In this document: in pieces, positions 1 through 10,641 of the stretch
How positions within the stretch are numbered: position 1 is the first letter of the stretch
How the letters are laid out: each line of letters opens with the position of its first letter
Assembly (NCBI GenBank): GCA_020428585.1
Contig: JAGQMP010000005.1
Location: 6,152 to 70,151, forward strand
From: Patescibacteria group bacterium
GTDB lineage: Bacteria > Patescibacteriota > Minisyncoccia > Phycocordibacterales > UBA1006
Length of the DNA: 64,000 bases
Reading direction: 5' to 3'
The notes under the pieces: generated by a model
Told to the model about the DNA's origin: nothing
The model's input: the letters and a program-made list of their open reading frames with translations, nothing else
Database searches by the model: none
Program-made: the position numbers and the translations under genes

Positions 1-47
1 AATACCGGCAAGCGCCCGATCATCATTCCCGTAATCCTTGGGTTATA

Positions 48-82
48 AGAAAAAAGAAACCATTGTTGTTGGTTTCTTTTTT
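48..82. terminator. Stem-loop aagaaacca-ttgttgt-tggtttctt flanked by A-run and T-run. Likely bidirectional terminator downstream of tsaC (minus) and possibly of a + strand gene ending at 46-48.
   Basis: Inverted repeat with flanking A/T runs, read directly from the sequence. Confidence 0.5.
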
Positions 83-638
83 AATCCCGCAAGACTTCTA
101 CCTTGGTCGATGAAGTGATACGAACAAGGGTCGAAGGCTTCGTATCAGTCACTTCTCCACCGTCAAGATAATAATCAACAGAATCTCCAAAATAAGCAGT
201 TGCCTCAGTAATGGTTCGTGCTGGTGGCTCGCCTTCAGGATTGGCTGATGGCGCAACCAGGGGTCCCGTTTCTTTGATTAATTTTCTTAGGTCAGCATCC
301 TCGGGAATACGAAAGGCGATACCTCCTGTTCCCTTGTGGATGTAGTGAGTATCAGTTGAGCTATCATTAACGGGGAGAATAACGCTTACCTTCCCGGGCC
401 AATATTGGTCGAGGTCTTTTCTCAGAGATGGCGTCACGGCAGCTCCCAGTGAGGTAATCTGTTCGTAGTCAGCGACCAAAACAACGACCGGTTTCAAGGG
501 ATCTCGATTTTTTATACAATAAATCCGCTCGACCACGTGTTGGTCAAGGGCGCTCCCCACGATGCCGTATAGGGTGTCGGTCCGAATAACGGCAACGCCT
601 CCCTCTTTGATGACGCTGACGAAGGATTTCATAAACAT
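81..638 (-). CDS. tsaC: L-threonylcarbamoyladenylate synthase, Sua5/YciO/YrdC family (TsaC)
   Basis: 185-aa ORF. Contains VIRTDTLYGIVGSA and the YrdC-fold glycine-rich segments typical of TsaC/YrdC. Confidence 0.8.
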   Translation of the reverse strand: MFMKSFVSVIKEGGVAVIRTDTLYGIVGSALDQHVVERIYCIKNRDPLKPVVVLVADYEQITSLGAAVTPSLRKDLDQYWPGKVSVILPVNDSSTDTHYIHKGTGGIAFRIPEDADLRKLIKETGPLVAPSANPEGEPPARTITEATAYFGDSVDYYLDGGEVTDTKPSTLVRITSSTKVEVLRD

Positions 639-682
639 ATATAGTATACCTTTTTTACAAAAAGAGGCCTCTTGAGGGCTTG

Positions 683-1795
683 CTACACCCGAAATTCAAT
701 CACATCGCCATCCTTAACAACATATTCCTTTCCTTCGGTACGAAGAAGTCCCTTCGATCGGGCTTCGGCGAATGATCCAGCATTAAGGAGTGCCTCTGAA
801 GCAATAATTTCAGCTCGAATGAATCTCGTTTGAAAATCAGTATGGATGGCAGCGCCGGCTTCGGGTGCGGTTGACCCTACCTTTACCGTCCAGGCACGGG
901 TTTCTTTAGGTCCTGTGGTGAAATAAGTCATCAGCCCAAGCAATCGGTAGGCTCGCGCAATCAATTGGTCAATGCCATCATCCGTGTGGCCAAGTTCCCC
1001 CCTCATGACGGTACGCTCATCACCAACGAAATCAGATAGTTCATGTTCAACCTTGGCATCAATGACAACGTATTCGGCGCCTTCACCCGTAATCTCGTCA
1101 GTAATCGCCCGAAAGGCCTCGGGATCGGTGATGTCGAGATTTCGCCCACCGGTTTTTTTGTTTAACCCGTACATGACTGGTTTCATCGTCAAAAGGTGGA
1201 GGGTCTTGATAACTTTCTCTTCATCTTCATTTAAGGTCGCCGTGCGAGCGAGTTTCTCAGCCTCAAGAACGGCTAAGACCTTGCGGCAGGTAGCATCTTC
1301 AAAAACAGCCGTCTTATCACCACGTTTAACATCACGCATTAGTTTTTCAATTCGATGATTCACTGTTTCAAGATCAGCAAGGATGAGTTCCATATTGATG
1401 ACCTTGATATCACGCAAAGGATCAATCGAACCGTAGACGTGGGTTTGTTCAGTCGTGCTGTCGTCTTTAATATCGAAAATCCGAACAAGGTGCAGAATCG
1501 CATCAACCTCGCGAATATTGGCAAGGAATTTATTCCCAAGGCCTTCACCCTGAGAAGCCCCCTCAACCAAACCCGCAATATCAACAAATTCAACGACCGC
1601 AGGAATGGTTTCTTCGCTCTTTGATAATTCAACCAATTGGCCGAGACGTTGATCAGGCACGGCAACAATACCAACCGACGGGTCGATGGTACAAAAAGGA
1701 TAGTTTTCAGCGGGGACCGATTTCTGAGTCAAGGCGTTAAAGAGCGTCGACTTTCCGACATTAGGAAGGCCAACAATACCAATAGAGAGCGACAT
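683..1795 (-). CDS. ychF: Ribosome-binding ATPase YchF (Obg-like GTPase family)
   Basis: 370 aa. N-terminal P-loop [18 protein letters not shown]; full-length similarity to YchF including the C-terminal TGS-like region ([15 protein letters not shown]). Confidence 0.9.
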   Translation of the reverse strand: MSLSIGIVGLPNVGKSTLFNALTQKSVPAENYPFCTIDPSVGIVAVPDQRLGQLVELSKSEETIPAVVEFVDIAGLVEGASQGEGLGNKFLANIREVDAILHLVRIFDIKDDSTTEQTHVYGSIDPLRDIKVINMELILADLETVNHRIEKLMRDVKRGDKTAVFEDATCRKVLAVLEAEKLARTATLNEDEEKVIKTLHLLTMKPVMYGLNKKTGGRNLDITDPEAFRAITDEITGEGAEYVVIDAKVEHELSDFVGDERTVMRGELGHTDDGIDQLIARAYRLLGLMTYFTTGPKETRAWTVKVGSTAPEAGAAIHTDFQTRFIRAEIIASEALLNAGSFAEARSKGLLRTEGKEYVVKDGDVIEFRV

Positions 1796-1801
1796 GGTGA
1801 G

Positions 1802-2062
1802 TTACTTTTGTTTTGACTGCCAAGCCACCATCAGTTTTCTGATCTCGGTTTGGTTTTCTCGCATGACTTGCATCATAGCGAGCTGTTCGCCCTGGCCTTG
1901 TTTTTTCTTGGCTTCGATCTGACTCTGAATCTTTTTAAAGAAATCAGGGTTTTCTGATACCAGCGCAATAATCATGTCTTGTTGGTCTTTAGGAAGTCCC
2001 TTCATTTTTGATCGTACAAGAGCGCTGACGGCCTTGTTTTTGAGTCCTGAGAACAATTTCAT
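1802..2062 (-). CDS. Hypothetical small protein (K/Q-rich), tandem upstream of ychF
   Basis: ORF 1802..2104; the internal Met (MKLFSGLKNK) is the likelier start. No recognisable motif. Confidence 0.4.
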   Translation of the reverse strand: MKLFSGLKNKAVSALVRSKMKGLPKDQQDMIIALVSENPDFFKKIQSQIEAKKKQGQGEQLAMMQVMRENQTEIRKLMVAWQSKQK

Positions 2063-2106
2063 AATAGTAATGGAAATTAGATGAGTACCACCGCATCCTA
2101 GCAAAT

Positions 2107-2703
2107 ATGCCTATTTTTTCAATGTTTTTTGTAGCTAAAGTGTGTAATAATATGCCTACTTATACGTCATATGGTATGAAGAACGAAGACCGACAACAAT
2201 ACACCGAACAGTTCATGGAGTACTATGAAAAGTACTCTGATGATATCTTCCGTTTTTGCATGGTAAAGACCAGAAATAGGGCGACGTCGCTCGACATCAC
2301 TCAAGACACCTTTACACGATTTTGGGAATACATTGTCAAGGGCGAGGACATCGACAATGAGCGTCCCCTCCTCTACCGAATCGCGGGAAACCTAGTGATC
2401 GATAGTTACCGAAAGAAAAAACCAATTCTGGTCGAAGATTTTGCCGAGGGTAGTTATGGAGATGATCTATCAGAAGATCCACGAGGACGCATGGAAAATC
2501 GCCTCGATGGTGAACGTGCGATGGACCTCCTCCATCACCTTCCTGAATCGACGCGAGAAATCATTAACCTGAGGTTCATCCACGACTTCTCGATTACCGA
2601 GATCGGAAGAACCCTCGACATGGACCCTAAGACGGTGTCGGTGTATCTTCACCGCGGACTCAAGAAACTTCGCGAAATTCTAGAATCATATGAACAGCAA
2701 TAA
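2107..2703 (+). CDS. ECF-type sigma-70 family RNA polymerase sigma factor
   Basis: Region-2-like FTRFWEYIVKG...LYRIAGNLVIDSYRKKK and region-4 HTH EIINLRFIHDFSITEIGRTLDMDPKTVSVYLHRGLKKLREIL. The true start may be the internal Met near 2176. Confidence 0.8.
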   Translation: MPIFSMFFVAKVCNNMPTYTSYGMKNEDRQQYTEQFMEYYEKYSDDIFRFCMVKTRNRATSLDITQDTFTRFWEYIVKGEDIDNERPLLYRIAGNLVIDSYRKKKPILVEDFAEGSYGDDLSEDPRGRMENRLDGERAMDLLHHLPESTREIINLRFIHDFSITEIGRTLDMDPKTVSVYLHRGLKKLREILESYEQQ

Positions 2704-3940
2704 GCTCGACAAGTTCATACAAGAGATTGAATCTATCAAGATGACCTCTTTCGAAAAAGATGAGATGCGTAATCAGCTCATTGCTTTTGCTATGGGGTAT
2801 ACCCCAGTAGTAAGCCCGTATCAACACGTCCTGTATGCAGTACGTCGTGGCGTGGTGATTGCTTTTATCGCTATCTTATCAATCGGATCGGTATCGAATT
2901 TTGCATCTGGACAAGCCTTGCCCGGTGATACCCTCTATCCCGTAAAGATCGCCCACGAGGAAATCAAGCTCGCGGCCACCTTTGATACCAAGAAAAAGAT
3001 CAGTTACGAGATTAAACGTACTGAAAAACGTATCAAGGAGGCAACCGAACTCGCTACGATGCATGACCTTGATGATCAAACCCAGGATGACATCGCCGAA
3101 GAAATCAAAAAGCAAACGCTCAAGGTAAAGGAACATATCGAAGAGGTAAAGGTAGATGATCCCGAAGAGGCCCTTGCTTTGAACTCTGAATTGAAATCAA
3201 CCATCAAGGCAAATACCGAAGCGCTTCGTAAGGTTTCAACCAATCCAGAAAAACAAAAAAAGGATGAAGATAATAGTGAAACGCCTACGGTCGTGACTCA
3301 GGCTGATCAGCCAATCCCTGATTATGAAGTGGTGGAAGTATCATTTGCTAAGAATCTTCTTGGGCATATTGACGAAGAAGTAGCTTCAATCGAAACTTTC
3401 GAAGACGAAGTAAGTCGTGAAATCACCAAGGAAGAAGACGAGATCACCGAAGACCAACCGTCTGATATCGAGACTGAACAAAACACCGACGATAAGGAAG
3501 ATGTAATAAAAGAACGCGAGATTATCGCCAAAGAAATCCAGTCACTTGAAGATATCCTCAACCTCAAGGCTGAAATCGCTGAAATCCGATCATCACTGAC
3601 GCCAGGTATCGAGGATGCTGACGATTTTGATCAGGCCGCTGCGTATCAAGATATTGATCGGTACATGAAAGAAAAAAAATACAAGAAAGCACTCGTTACC
3701 TTGCGTGATGTACTCGGTCACTACCAGGAACTCGCTATCAAGGAAGAACTCGAACGCGAGCTTGGTATTAAACTCAATGTCGAGAAACAAACCGACCCAA
3801 CAACTGATGAAGATATACCTCTTGAACCCCAAGAAAGTGGTATGACAATCGATACTACCGATGGTACCGATACTCAGGCTGCTGAAGGATCAACGACCAC
3901 CGCTCGTGCCGAAACAACGGCAATCAGGATAGCTTCTTAA
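2690..3940 (+). CDS. Putative anti-sigma-factor-like membrane protein with a long acidic low-complexity tail
   Basis: Overlaps the sigma-factor stop by 14 nt, suggesting translational coupling. One predicted TM (VVIAFIAILSIGSVSNFA). The remainder is E/D/K/T-rich. Confidence 0.5.
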   Translation: MNSNKLDKFIQEIESIKMTSFEKDEMRNQLIAFAMGYTPVVSPYQHVLYAVRRGVVIAFIAILSIGSVSNFASGQALPGDTLYPVKIAHEEIKLAATFDTKKKISYEIKRTEKRIKEATELATMHDLDDQTQDDIAEEIKKQTLKVKEHIEEVKVDDPEEALALNSELKSTIKANTEALRKVSTNPEKQKKDEDNSETPTVVTQADQPIPDYEVVEVSFAKNLLGHIDEEVASIETFEDEVSREITKEEDEITEDQPSDIETEQNTDDKEDVIKEREIIAKEIQSLEDILNLKAEIAEIRSSLTPGIEDADDFDQAAAYQDIDRYMKEKKYKKALVTLRDVLGHYQELAIKEELERELGIKLNVEKQTDPTTDEDIPLEPQESGMTIDTTDGTDTQAAEGSTTTARAETTAIRIAS

Positions 3941-3964
3941 AAATCACACCAAGGGTGTGATTTT

Positions 3965-5518
3965 TTACTCAATGAGTTCAATCTCTCCTTGAATCTCTAA
4001 TGAAGAATCAAGATCTTCTGGTGTTCGTGATCGTTGGTACGCTCGAATACCAACTAGACCTAACGCGATCGTTATCGCCACTACCGTCTCGATAATCGGC
4101 ATCTTCCCAGATTGATCGTCAGGTGCTGATGTTTGGGCAAGGGTATACTCTTCGCTGGCAAACGCAACAGCTTGACGTGTTGGATTTTTTTCAAGGAACG
4201 TTTCGAGACGTGATTGGGTTGTCTCTAAACCAGAACTGGGCGATGCATCATCAGCGGTATCTTTCAAAGAAAGACCGCTCGTCGTCGGTAGTGGCTGGTA
4301 TCCTGCTCGTAAAGACGAGGCGGTTCGACCATCTTCATTCAATAGAAGAACGTCTTGACCCCTTGAAATAGGACCAAGCCCATGCACCGATCGAGGAATG
4401 GTGATGGATCCCGATCCTGGGATGTAGGTATACCGTTCAAAGAGATAGGACGAGGCTTGATACTTGAGACTCCATCCCGAGAGATCGAGTTTGGTAGAAC
4501 TCCTGTTTGAGATGGTAATACCCGAGAGATCATCAACTCCATTGATGTATAATGGCTGATCAAGGACAGTAAGAGAGCGTTTTACGATAACTTTAGGGTC
4601 TTCACCAACCCCTTCTGCCATCTTGCTGCTATAGAATTCAAATACAACATCGTAAGTTCCAGGATATTCGTAGACATGTGATGTTTCCATTCGCTCTTCG
4701 GATTCAAAATATGAACCATCGCCAAATGAAAGGTAGTAGATCCCTCCCTTTAACCTCTTGATCGTTCGGTATTCGTTCGTATGGTTAATGTAAGCTTCGA
4801 ATGAAACAGGTGATCCAGCGACAGCCTGGGTAAGTACATTCAGGTATCCACGATCAACATCAACGTTAGTAAGGTTGGTCTCGCTCTCAACAGGGTCAGG
4901 GGATGTCGGGGTTGGGTTCGGTCCACTATCCTCGTTTTCAGTCCCCGGGGTAGGACTCGATGCTACCCAGGAACCTGATATCAACTGAAGGCTATTGCCA
5001 TCACCTGCTGCACCTATTGATCCATCATAGGTGACGGTTGAAACAATCGCTTTAGTCTCATTACTCATCGATAAGGTCTCACCAGTATTTGAAAGTGAGA
5101 ACGAAGCTTTCACTAGTTTCAATGATGAGCCAAATTCACCGTACACATTTTGTAAATTTTGTACGATCAACGCACGAGCGCCAGGGGCCAAGGTATCAAA
5201 CCCATCAGGGGTCAAACCATGGTTCGTTTCAGCTTCGAAAAAGTACCACGAACCAATCTCGATGGCAGATGATCCTGTGTTTGTAACTTCAACCCATTCG
5301 AACCCGCTGTCGGTGCCCTCGTGATCGTACATAATCTCGGTAATTTCGAGGTCAGCATGGGATGCGAATGGCACGAAAATTAATACCGCAAGAAAAGCAA
5401 GTTTAGCTAAAAATACCCTTGAGGACGTCTTCGGGAACCTCGCGAACAGAGCCTCCTTTATTTGAAGGTTTATTTTCTGTGTTTGGCTCTTTTTTAGTTG
5501 TGGTGGTGTTCTCGTCAT
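3965..5518 (-). CDS. Secreted/membrane-anchored protein with two lamin-tail-domain (LTD)-like modules
   Basis: Signal-peptide-like FLAKLAFLAVLIFVPFASHA. LTD signature DLEITEIMYDHEGTDSGFEWVEVTNTGSSAIEIGSWYF, and a second DLSGWSLKY module. C-terminal TM IIETVVAITIALGLVGI. The start is uncertain: the first ATG overlaps the upstream gene by 116 nt. Confidence 0.65.
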   Translation of the reverse strand: MTRTPPQLKKSQTQKINLQIKEALFARFPKTSSRVFLAKLAFLAVLIFVPFASHADLEITEIMYDHEGTDSGFEWVEVTNTGSSAIEIGSWYFFEAETNHGLTPDGFDTLAPGARALIVQNLQNVYGEFGSSLKLVKASFSLSNTGETLSMSNETKAIVSTVTYDGSIGAAGDGNSLQLISGSWVASSPTPGTENEDSGPNPTPTSPDPVESETNLTNVDVDRGYLNVLTQAVAGSPVSFEAYINHTNEYRTIKRLKGGIYYLSFGDGSYFESEERMETSHVYEYPGTYDVVFEFYSSKMAEGVGEDPKVIVKRSLTVLDQPLYINGVDDLSGITISNRSSTKLDLSGWSLKYQASSYLFERYTYIPGSGSITIPRSVHGLGPISRGQDVLLLNEDGRTASSLRAGYQPLPTTSGLSLKDTADDASPSSGLETTQSRLETFLEKNPTRQAVAFASEEYTLAQTSAPDDQSGKMPIIETVVAITIALGLVGIRAYQRSRTPEDLDSSLEIQGEIELIE

Positions 5519-7445
5519 GGTGGGCAGGTTTCGTGCCCTCCTTCAGCGGTGTATCCTCTGTCGTTTCCGCCTGGCTTCCTCCTTGTTTCATATCGTCTGT
5601 TACTTTGCGAGGAGGTCTCTTTTTCTCACTCTCATCTATTGTGTCATTAACCCTTACTGCTATTTTGGATGGAGCTTTCTTATCAGCATTGCCCATGGCC
5701 TTCTTTAAGACTGCCTGAAGCGATGACATGGTGCCTTCTTTGGCGCCTCGATCAGATCCCGGTTTTGATTTTGAAACCCGGGCCACTTTTTCAGCGACTG
5801 ATGCAGGGATGGTGGTTTGAGTACCCGTCTCTCGAGTGCCAGTCTTGGCGAGGGGTTCCGAGCTGATATCGTGACGTTTGATATTTTCAACAACTTTAGG
5901 AATTACCTTATTCTTTGGATGATCTTCAGTATCTGAACCAAATTTATCCAAGAGATCGTTCAACCTTGGCGAGACGATTTTTTTCATCTCGTATTCGGCC
6001 TCTTTCTCGTCCAGTTCCTTGGCTGCTTTTTTCAAGGAACTGGATCCTGCATCCCGTTCTTTTCGCGGCGCCGAGAGAATCCTCTTTTCTAAAAAATCTT
6101 GTTTATCTGATCGTTGATCAGCTTCTGGTTTAAAGCTGCGACGTTCTGGTTTCTTGATCGGTTCGTGCCAGGCCATCACAGCGGCTTCAACCTCGGCTCG
6201 TGGCATAGCGTAGATACGGCGTGAATGTTCAATCACTGCCTCACGCAAAGATTCCCCTGGTTTCTCGACCGGCGGCATCGTGCGTGCTGAAAAAGGCCGT
6301 GATCCAATGCCATCAATCATCAACGACAGATAGATTTGGAATTTACCTAGGTTTACTAAATCTTCGGCCGTAAAGGTCGGTGCAAACTGCTTTTCAAAGA
6401 CCTCGGCATCGGTGGCACCAATGCGGAAGGTAACCATCGTACCCACGTTACCAAAAATCGCCGCAGCCACGTTTTCATCCATCTGCTCGACGTACTGGTG
6501 GGCAACCGTGAGGTTCAGTTTATATTTTCGCGCCTCGGACAAAATATCAGCAAACGATTCGTTCGCAAAGTTCTGAAACTCGTCAACAAACATGAAAAAG
6601 TTTGGCAAGTCATCCAATCGACCCGCGCCAACATCTGCACGACTCATCGCAGCGAGGTACAGTTTCGTAATCAACATTCCGCCCAATAGATTGCCATTTG
6701 ACTCACCAATCAATCCTTTTGATAGATTCACCAAGAGAATCTTTTGTTCATCCATGATCTTGCGAAAATCGATCGCAGATTCCTGTTGTCCGACAATATT
6801 ACGGATTAACGGATTCGCCGTGAACTGACCAATCTTGTTTTGGATAGCGGCGCCAGCCTCACGTGCATAGCGAGGGTCCCATTTGTTGTATTCATCAATC
6901 CAAAAGGCCTTCACCGACGGGTCGGTGATATGTTTAATCACATCATCGCGAAAATCTTTTTCGGCGAGCATACGGTTCACCCCGAGGAGCGTCGCGTTTG
7001 GATATTCAAGCAACGCCAACAACGTGTTCGACAGGATATATTCCATCCTGGCTGAAAAGGCATCAACCCAGATTTTCTTGAACGATGCCATCAGCCCTGC
7101 TACCACGAGGTGACGTTTATCAGGGTCAACGGCCTCAAGCACGTTGAATGACATTGGATAATCAGTATCAAAGGGCGCAAAATAGACGACATCTTTCACG
7201 CGATGTTCTGGGATATAATCGATCAACACATCAATTGCCGACCCGTGCGGATCCATAAAGCACATACCCTCGCCATTCAAAATGTCCTGCGCGGCCATGT
7301 TTTCCAGCAAAGTTGACTTCCCCATTCCCGTCTTCCCGATGACGTAGACGTGACGCGACCGGTCCTTGTTTTTGATACCAAAACGCGTCCTCCGATTGCG
7401 AAAATCGGTCTCGGCAAAGTAGGTTACCTGTTCCCCGTTTGACAT
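5403..7445 (-). CDS. Soluble FtsK/HerA-superfamily ATPase of the TraD/VirD4 (type IV coupling protein)-like family, with a ~260-aa disordered K/E/S/T-rich C-terminal tail
   Basis: Walker A VIGKTGMGKSTLL. Walker B FFMFVDEFQNFA. Block KYKLNLTVAHQYVEQ resembles the TraD/TraG C-terminal all-alpha domain. No N-terminal TM. Confidence 0.6.
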   Translation of the reverse strand: MSNGEQVTYFAETDFRNRRTRFGIKNKDRSRHVYVIGKTGMGKSTLLENMAAQDILNGEGMCFMDPHGSAIDVLIDYIPEHRVKDVVYFAPFDTDYPMSFNVLEAVDPDKRHLVVAGLMASFKKIWVDAFSARMEYILSNTLLALLEYPNATLLGVNRMLAEKDFRDDVIKHITDPSVKAFWIDEYNKWDPRYAREAGAAIQNKIGQFTANPLIRNIVGQQESAIDFRKIMDEQKILLVNLSKGLIGESNGNLLGGMLITKLYLAAMSRADVGAGRLDDLPNFFMFVDEFQNFANESFADILSEARKYKLNLTVAHQYVEQMDENVAAAIFGNVGTMVTFRIGATDAEVFEKQFAPTFTAEDLVNLGKFQIYLSLMIDGIGSRPFSARTMPPVEKPGESLREAVIEHSRRIYAMPRAEVEAAVMAWHEPIKKPERRSFKPEADQRSDKQDFLEKRILSAPRKERDAGSSSLKKAAKELDEKEAEYEMKKIVSPRLNDLLDKFGSDTEDHPKNKVIPKVVENIKRHDISSEPLAKTGTRETGTQTTIPASVAEKVARVSKSKPGSDRGAKEGTMSSLQAVLKKAMGNADKKAPSKIAVRVNDTIDESEKKRPPRKVTDDMKQGGSQAETTEDTPLKEGTKPAHHDENTTTTKKEPNTENKPSNKGGSVREVPEDVLKGIFS

Positions 7446-7515
7446 AAAATTATTATATCACAACAAAGATTATGGTAGTGATAAGTAAAAATGTGAGAAT
7501 ACACAACGAATAGAT

Positions 7516-10500
7516 TTATTTTGTCTTGTTTTCCATATAGAAGGAGATATCAGCATCGAACTTATCCATACTTTTTTCAATCAAAGCATCCAAGTCAGAA
7601 GCTACAGTCGTAGCCTCATCACCGAATAATTGGGCTAATTCACTACGTTGTGATTCACTGCCAATCATAATGGCGGAACGCATATGTTCACCAAAACCGT
7701 GAATTTCATCTTCAGATGACATGAATTTTTTTATCTTCTCCGAGTTACCGCTGCTATCTCCCCCATCTCCGACAAAATAGAGCGCGGAAGCATAATCTGG
7801 GTATTCATACGACTCATCCCTAAGTTCTTGAGCAGACTTTCTTAACGCGGGAAGCATATCTGTTCCTCCTTGGGTATTAATCTCTGTCATTAAACGCATT
7901 TTGATAGTTGTAGACTTGCCGTTTTCGAAATCATACTTCTCAGGAGAACCGTATTTTTGGTTAAAGTTCTTTATATTTTTAATCCCATCAGAGAAGGTGT
8001 TTATTGAAAATCGTATATAGCCAAACTGTTCTTCAATTTTACTGAAGAGTTCTGAATAAAAAATCAACAACTTACGTGCATCTTCTAGTTTTTGGCCAGA
8101 CATAGAACCACTCACATCAACCATAATGGATGACAGAAACAAGGGTTTTACGTTTGGCTTAATCATTTTAGGATTCTTAACCGTCCCAAAAATAAGATTT
8201 CTCGTTCTGTTGAGGGAACGTCTGTCAAAGAGTCCTTGCCGGGTTTGAGATGCATCATCAATGAACATCTCGTCCTTATGGGGGAGGCGTTCAACAAAAT
8301 ACTCGAACCAATTATCAACAAGGGGTTCAATATCTCTCCTAATTGATTCGTATCGTTCGTACAAACTTTTTTCGCGTTCAATTTGCTTTTGAAGCTCATC
8401 AAAATCTACAAAACCCTCCTGCTCCAACAATTGTTCCAGTTCTTCGCGACGTTCTTCATCCATAAACCCGTCGTCCGTCATTTTATCAAGCTCATCTTTG
8501 ATATCCTCTAGCATCTCTTCTTTTTTGGCCTCCGTCTTCCGCTCAAGTTCCTCTTTCATATCATCGAAGATATCTGAATTTTCAATTTCCTGTCGTAAAT
8601 CTTTTAAATCATCAAATGAATCGACATCTTTGAGCTTCTCCTCGATTTTATCCTTGAGGTCTTGCATTTCTTGCACCTGTTCTTTGGCTTGATCTAAATC
8701 GTGCTGACCTTGCTCGAGATCTTGATTATCAACTTCTTTTTTGTTCTCTGTGGATGAGTCTGACGCATTACTTTTTTCTGATTCATCATAATTTTGTTGC
8801 TGATTGATGTCTTGAGGGCTCTCCTGACCTCCATCATCAGCCTGTTCGCCAGGATTCATAGGTTCCCCTCCACTTTCGTTATTTCCGTCCTCAGGCTTGG
8901 CCTGCGGCGTAGCATCAAAACGCACCCACCGAGAGCCATCCCAAACCTCTGACCACGCATGTCCTGAGTTTTGAGTTATCTTTGAAGTGTTATCTTTTTG
9001 ACCTTCCACATGATAACCCGTAACCAAACGGGATGGGACTTTGGCTGCACGTAACATGGCAATAAATTTGGTATTAGCAGAATAACATTCAAGATACTCT
9101 GACAAGTCGATGTTTTGTAGATAGTTATTACCTGTAGATTCAACCCTCAGCTTATGTTGCAATGCTTGAGCTGATTGAAGATTTCCACCACCTGGATAGA
9201 AATGATTCGCTAAAATGTACTGCCGTACCTGTTCTGCCTTTTGTAAAATTGAACCGTGGAGATTTTTAATTTTCTTTTCTGTTTTTTCAGAGAGTACCCC
9301 CTTGTATAGAGAACTCGTATCTTCCGGAACAGGTTTTCCTATAAAGAGAAAGTCTTCCTTACCAAAGGAAATTGAAAAGGTGCTTGGTCCCCGTGACTCT
9401 AAATAGAAACAACCATTTTGGTCACGTAATATACGCGGCTCAACCCCCTCGTAAGTTAGGGTGTTAGTGTCAAGAGCATACGAATTAGGAAGAGGGAGTG
9501 ATTTTATCCCCTGATTGAGAGCGCCTGAAATAACATATGAGGATTGTGAAACCTTCCCTGAATAAGTTGAAGTTTGTTTCTTTTTACTCCATGTTTTCCT
9601 CTCGACGTCAAAGTAACTCTTTCTTCCGCTAATGAAATAACCTGTGAGACCTGGCTGAATTTCATAGATAGCACGACTTGGGCCTTTTTCCAACGCATTG
9701 GCACCTTGGGCTTGTGGAGGGGGTGTGTGGTATTCATCTGAATCTTCCGGTGGAATAGCTGGGTCTTGCTCTGTTCCAGGGTAGCCAACCTCATCTTTGT
9801 ATTGGTCAAGCACCTCGTCAAGCTGCTGCATGCTCTCACTAACACCTCCTCTGGACGAACCGCGTTCAATGCGAGGGAGTTCTTTTCGCGTGGATTCAAC
9901 GAGTTCTTTAAATGATCCACTATCGCCAGTATCAACATATTTTCCGTATGTTTCAGATAAACGATTGAAAAGTTCCCGTTCTTCCCCCGAGAGTTGGGAA
10001 ATTACTTGATCACAATCTTGTTCACTCGCGATTCCAAATTGATTTGCCATCCAATCGAATCTCAAACTAGAAATAACCTTATCAGTTTTAGAAAGGTTAC
10101 TGATATTCTCCTTGATGATTTCTGCTTCCCGATTTAACGATGATTCGATCTGTTGTTTCCCTTGACGACTGTAAGCATCGTGGAGTTTCTTTTGTATCCG
10201 TCCCTTAGCAATGCCATCATAAATTGTTTGGATAGTTTCTGGAGTAGCGTCCACATCTTTCATAGAGCGCATGAATTCAGAAAATTCAGAGTAATCATAA
10301 TTTTCGATTAACGCTGTTTTTTCAAAAATCTCACTTTGCACTTGTGGCAATCCTCGTTGTTCTAAGTCTTCCACCTTGTACAACAAAGCATCGGGTCTGA
10401 GTTTCCCAGACACCTCTTCTGCCGAGTATTTTCCATCAATGAGTCCTTGGAGAATTTCAGTACGCTCGTGACTATCAACCGAGTAATGAAATCCCCATTC

Positions 10501-10641
10501 TTTTCCGGGCAAAACTCTTATATTTCCCTGTTTTGCCTGGTTGGCCAGAAAGATCATCTCGCGAGCGTACTTACGAAAATCTTTCGAAGATGTTTGTTCC
10601 TGCTTTTGTGTTAGTTTTTCGAAAAATTTATCCATGATCAC
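7516..10641 (-). CDS. Large cytoplasmic protein: N-terminal unknown region, transglutaminase-like cysteine-protease core, acidic coiled coil, C-terminal von Willebrand factor A domain
   Basis: Transglutaminase-like triad context ECYSANTKFIAMLRAAKVPSRLVTGY...GHAWSEVWDGSRWVRFDATP. vWA with MIDAS-like DVSGSMSG...TQGGTD...GDGGDS. A GTG at 10641 overlaps the upstream TAG stop by 1 nt; an alternative ATG lies at 10635. Confidence 0.7.
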   Translation of the reverse strand: MIMDKFFEKLTQKQEQTSSKDFRKYAREMIFLANQAKQGNIRVLPGKEWGFHYSVDSHERTEILQGLIDGKYSAEEVSGKLRPDALLYKVEDLEQRGLPQVQSEIFEKTALIENYDYSEFSEFMRSMKDVDATPETIQTIYDGIAKGRIQKKLHDAYSRQGKQQIESSLNREAEIIKENISNLSKTDKVISSLRFDWMANQFGIASEQDCDQVISQLSGEERELFNRLSETYGKYVDTGDSGSFKELVESTRKELPRIERGSSRGGVSESMQQLDEVLDQYKDEVGYPGTEQDPAIPPEDSDEYHTPPPQAQGANALEKGPSRAIYEIQPGLTGYFISGRKSYFDVERKTWSKKKQTSTYSGKVSQSSYVISGALNQGIKSLPLPNSYALDTNTLTYEGVEPRILRDQNGCFYLESRGPSTFSISFGKEDFLFIGKPVPEDTSSLYKGVLSEKTEKKIKNLHGSILQKAEQVRQYILANHFYPGGGNLQSAQALQHKLRVESTGNNYLQNIDLSEYLECYSANTKFIAMLRAAKVPSRLVTGYHVEGQKDNTSKITQNSGHAWSEVWDGSRWVRFDATPQAKPEDGNNESGGEPMNPGEQADDGGQESPQDINQQQNYDESEKSNASDSSTENKKEVDNQDLEQGQHDLDQAKEQVQEMQDLKDKIEEKLKDVDSFDDLKDLRQEIENSDIFDDMKEELERKTEAKKEEMLEDIKDELDKMTDDGFMDEERREELEQLLEQEGFVDFDELQKQIEREKSLYERYESIRRDIEPLVDNWFEYFVERLPHKDEMFIDDASQTRQGLFDRRSLNRTRNLIFGTVKNPKMIKPNVKPLFLSSIMVDVSGSMSGQKLEDARKLLIFYSELFSKIEEQFGYIRFSINTFSDGIKNIKNFNQKYGSPEKYDFENGKSTTIKMRLMTEINTQGGTDMLPALRKSAQELRDESYEYPDYASALYFVGDGGDSSGNSEKIKKFMSSEDEIHGFGEHMRSAIMIGSESQRSELAQLFGDEATTVASDLDALIEKSMDKFDADISFYMENKTK

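Noticed and set aside
972-1674. Three ORFs (128, 89 and 104 aa) overlapping ychF on either strand
   Set aside because: They lie entirely inside a well-supported conserved gene and have low-complexity, compositionally odd translations. Typical shadow ORFs.
2470-3832. Antisense ORFs (60-85 aa) within the sigma and anti-sigma genes, and similar short ORFs inside dnaK, rpoA, leuS, pyrG and others
   Set aside because: They are embedded in strongly supported genes and have serine/arginine-rich low-complexity translations typical of reverse-frame artefacts.
5440-5450. Perfect AAGGAGG inside the overlap of the T4CP-like and LTD genes, as a possible ribosome-binding site for a later LTD start
   Set aside because: There is no ATG, GTG or TTG at a workable distance downstream. 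The motif is explained by Lys-Gly-Gly codons of the upstream gene.
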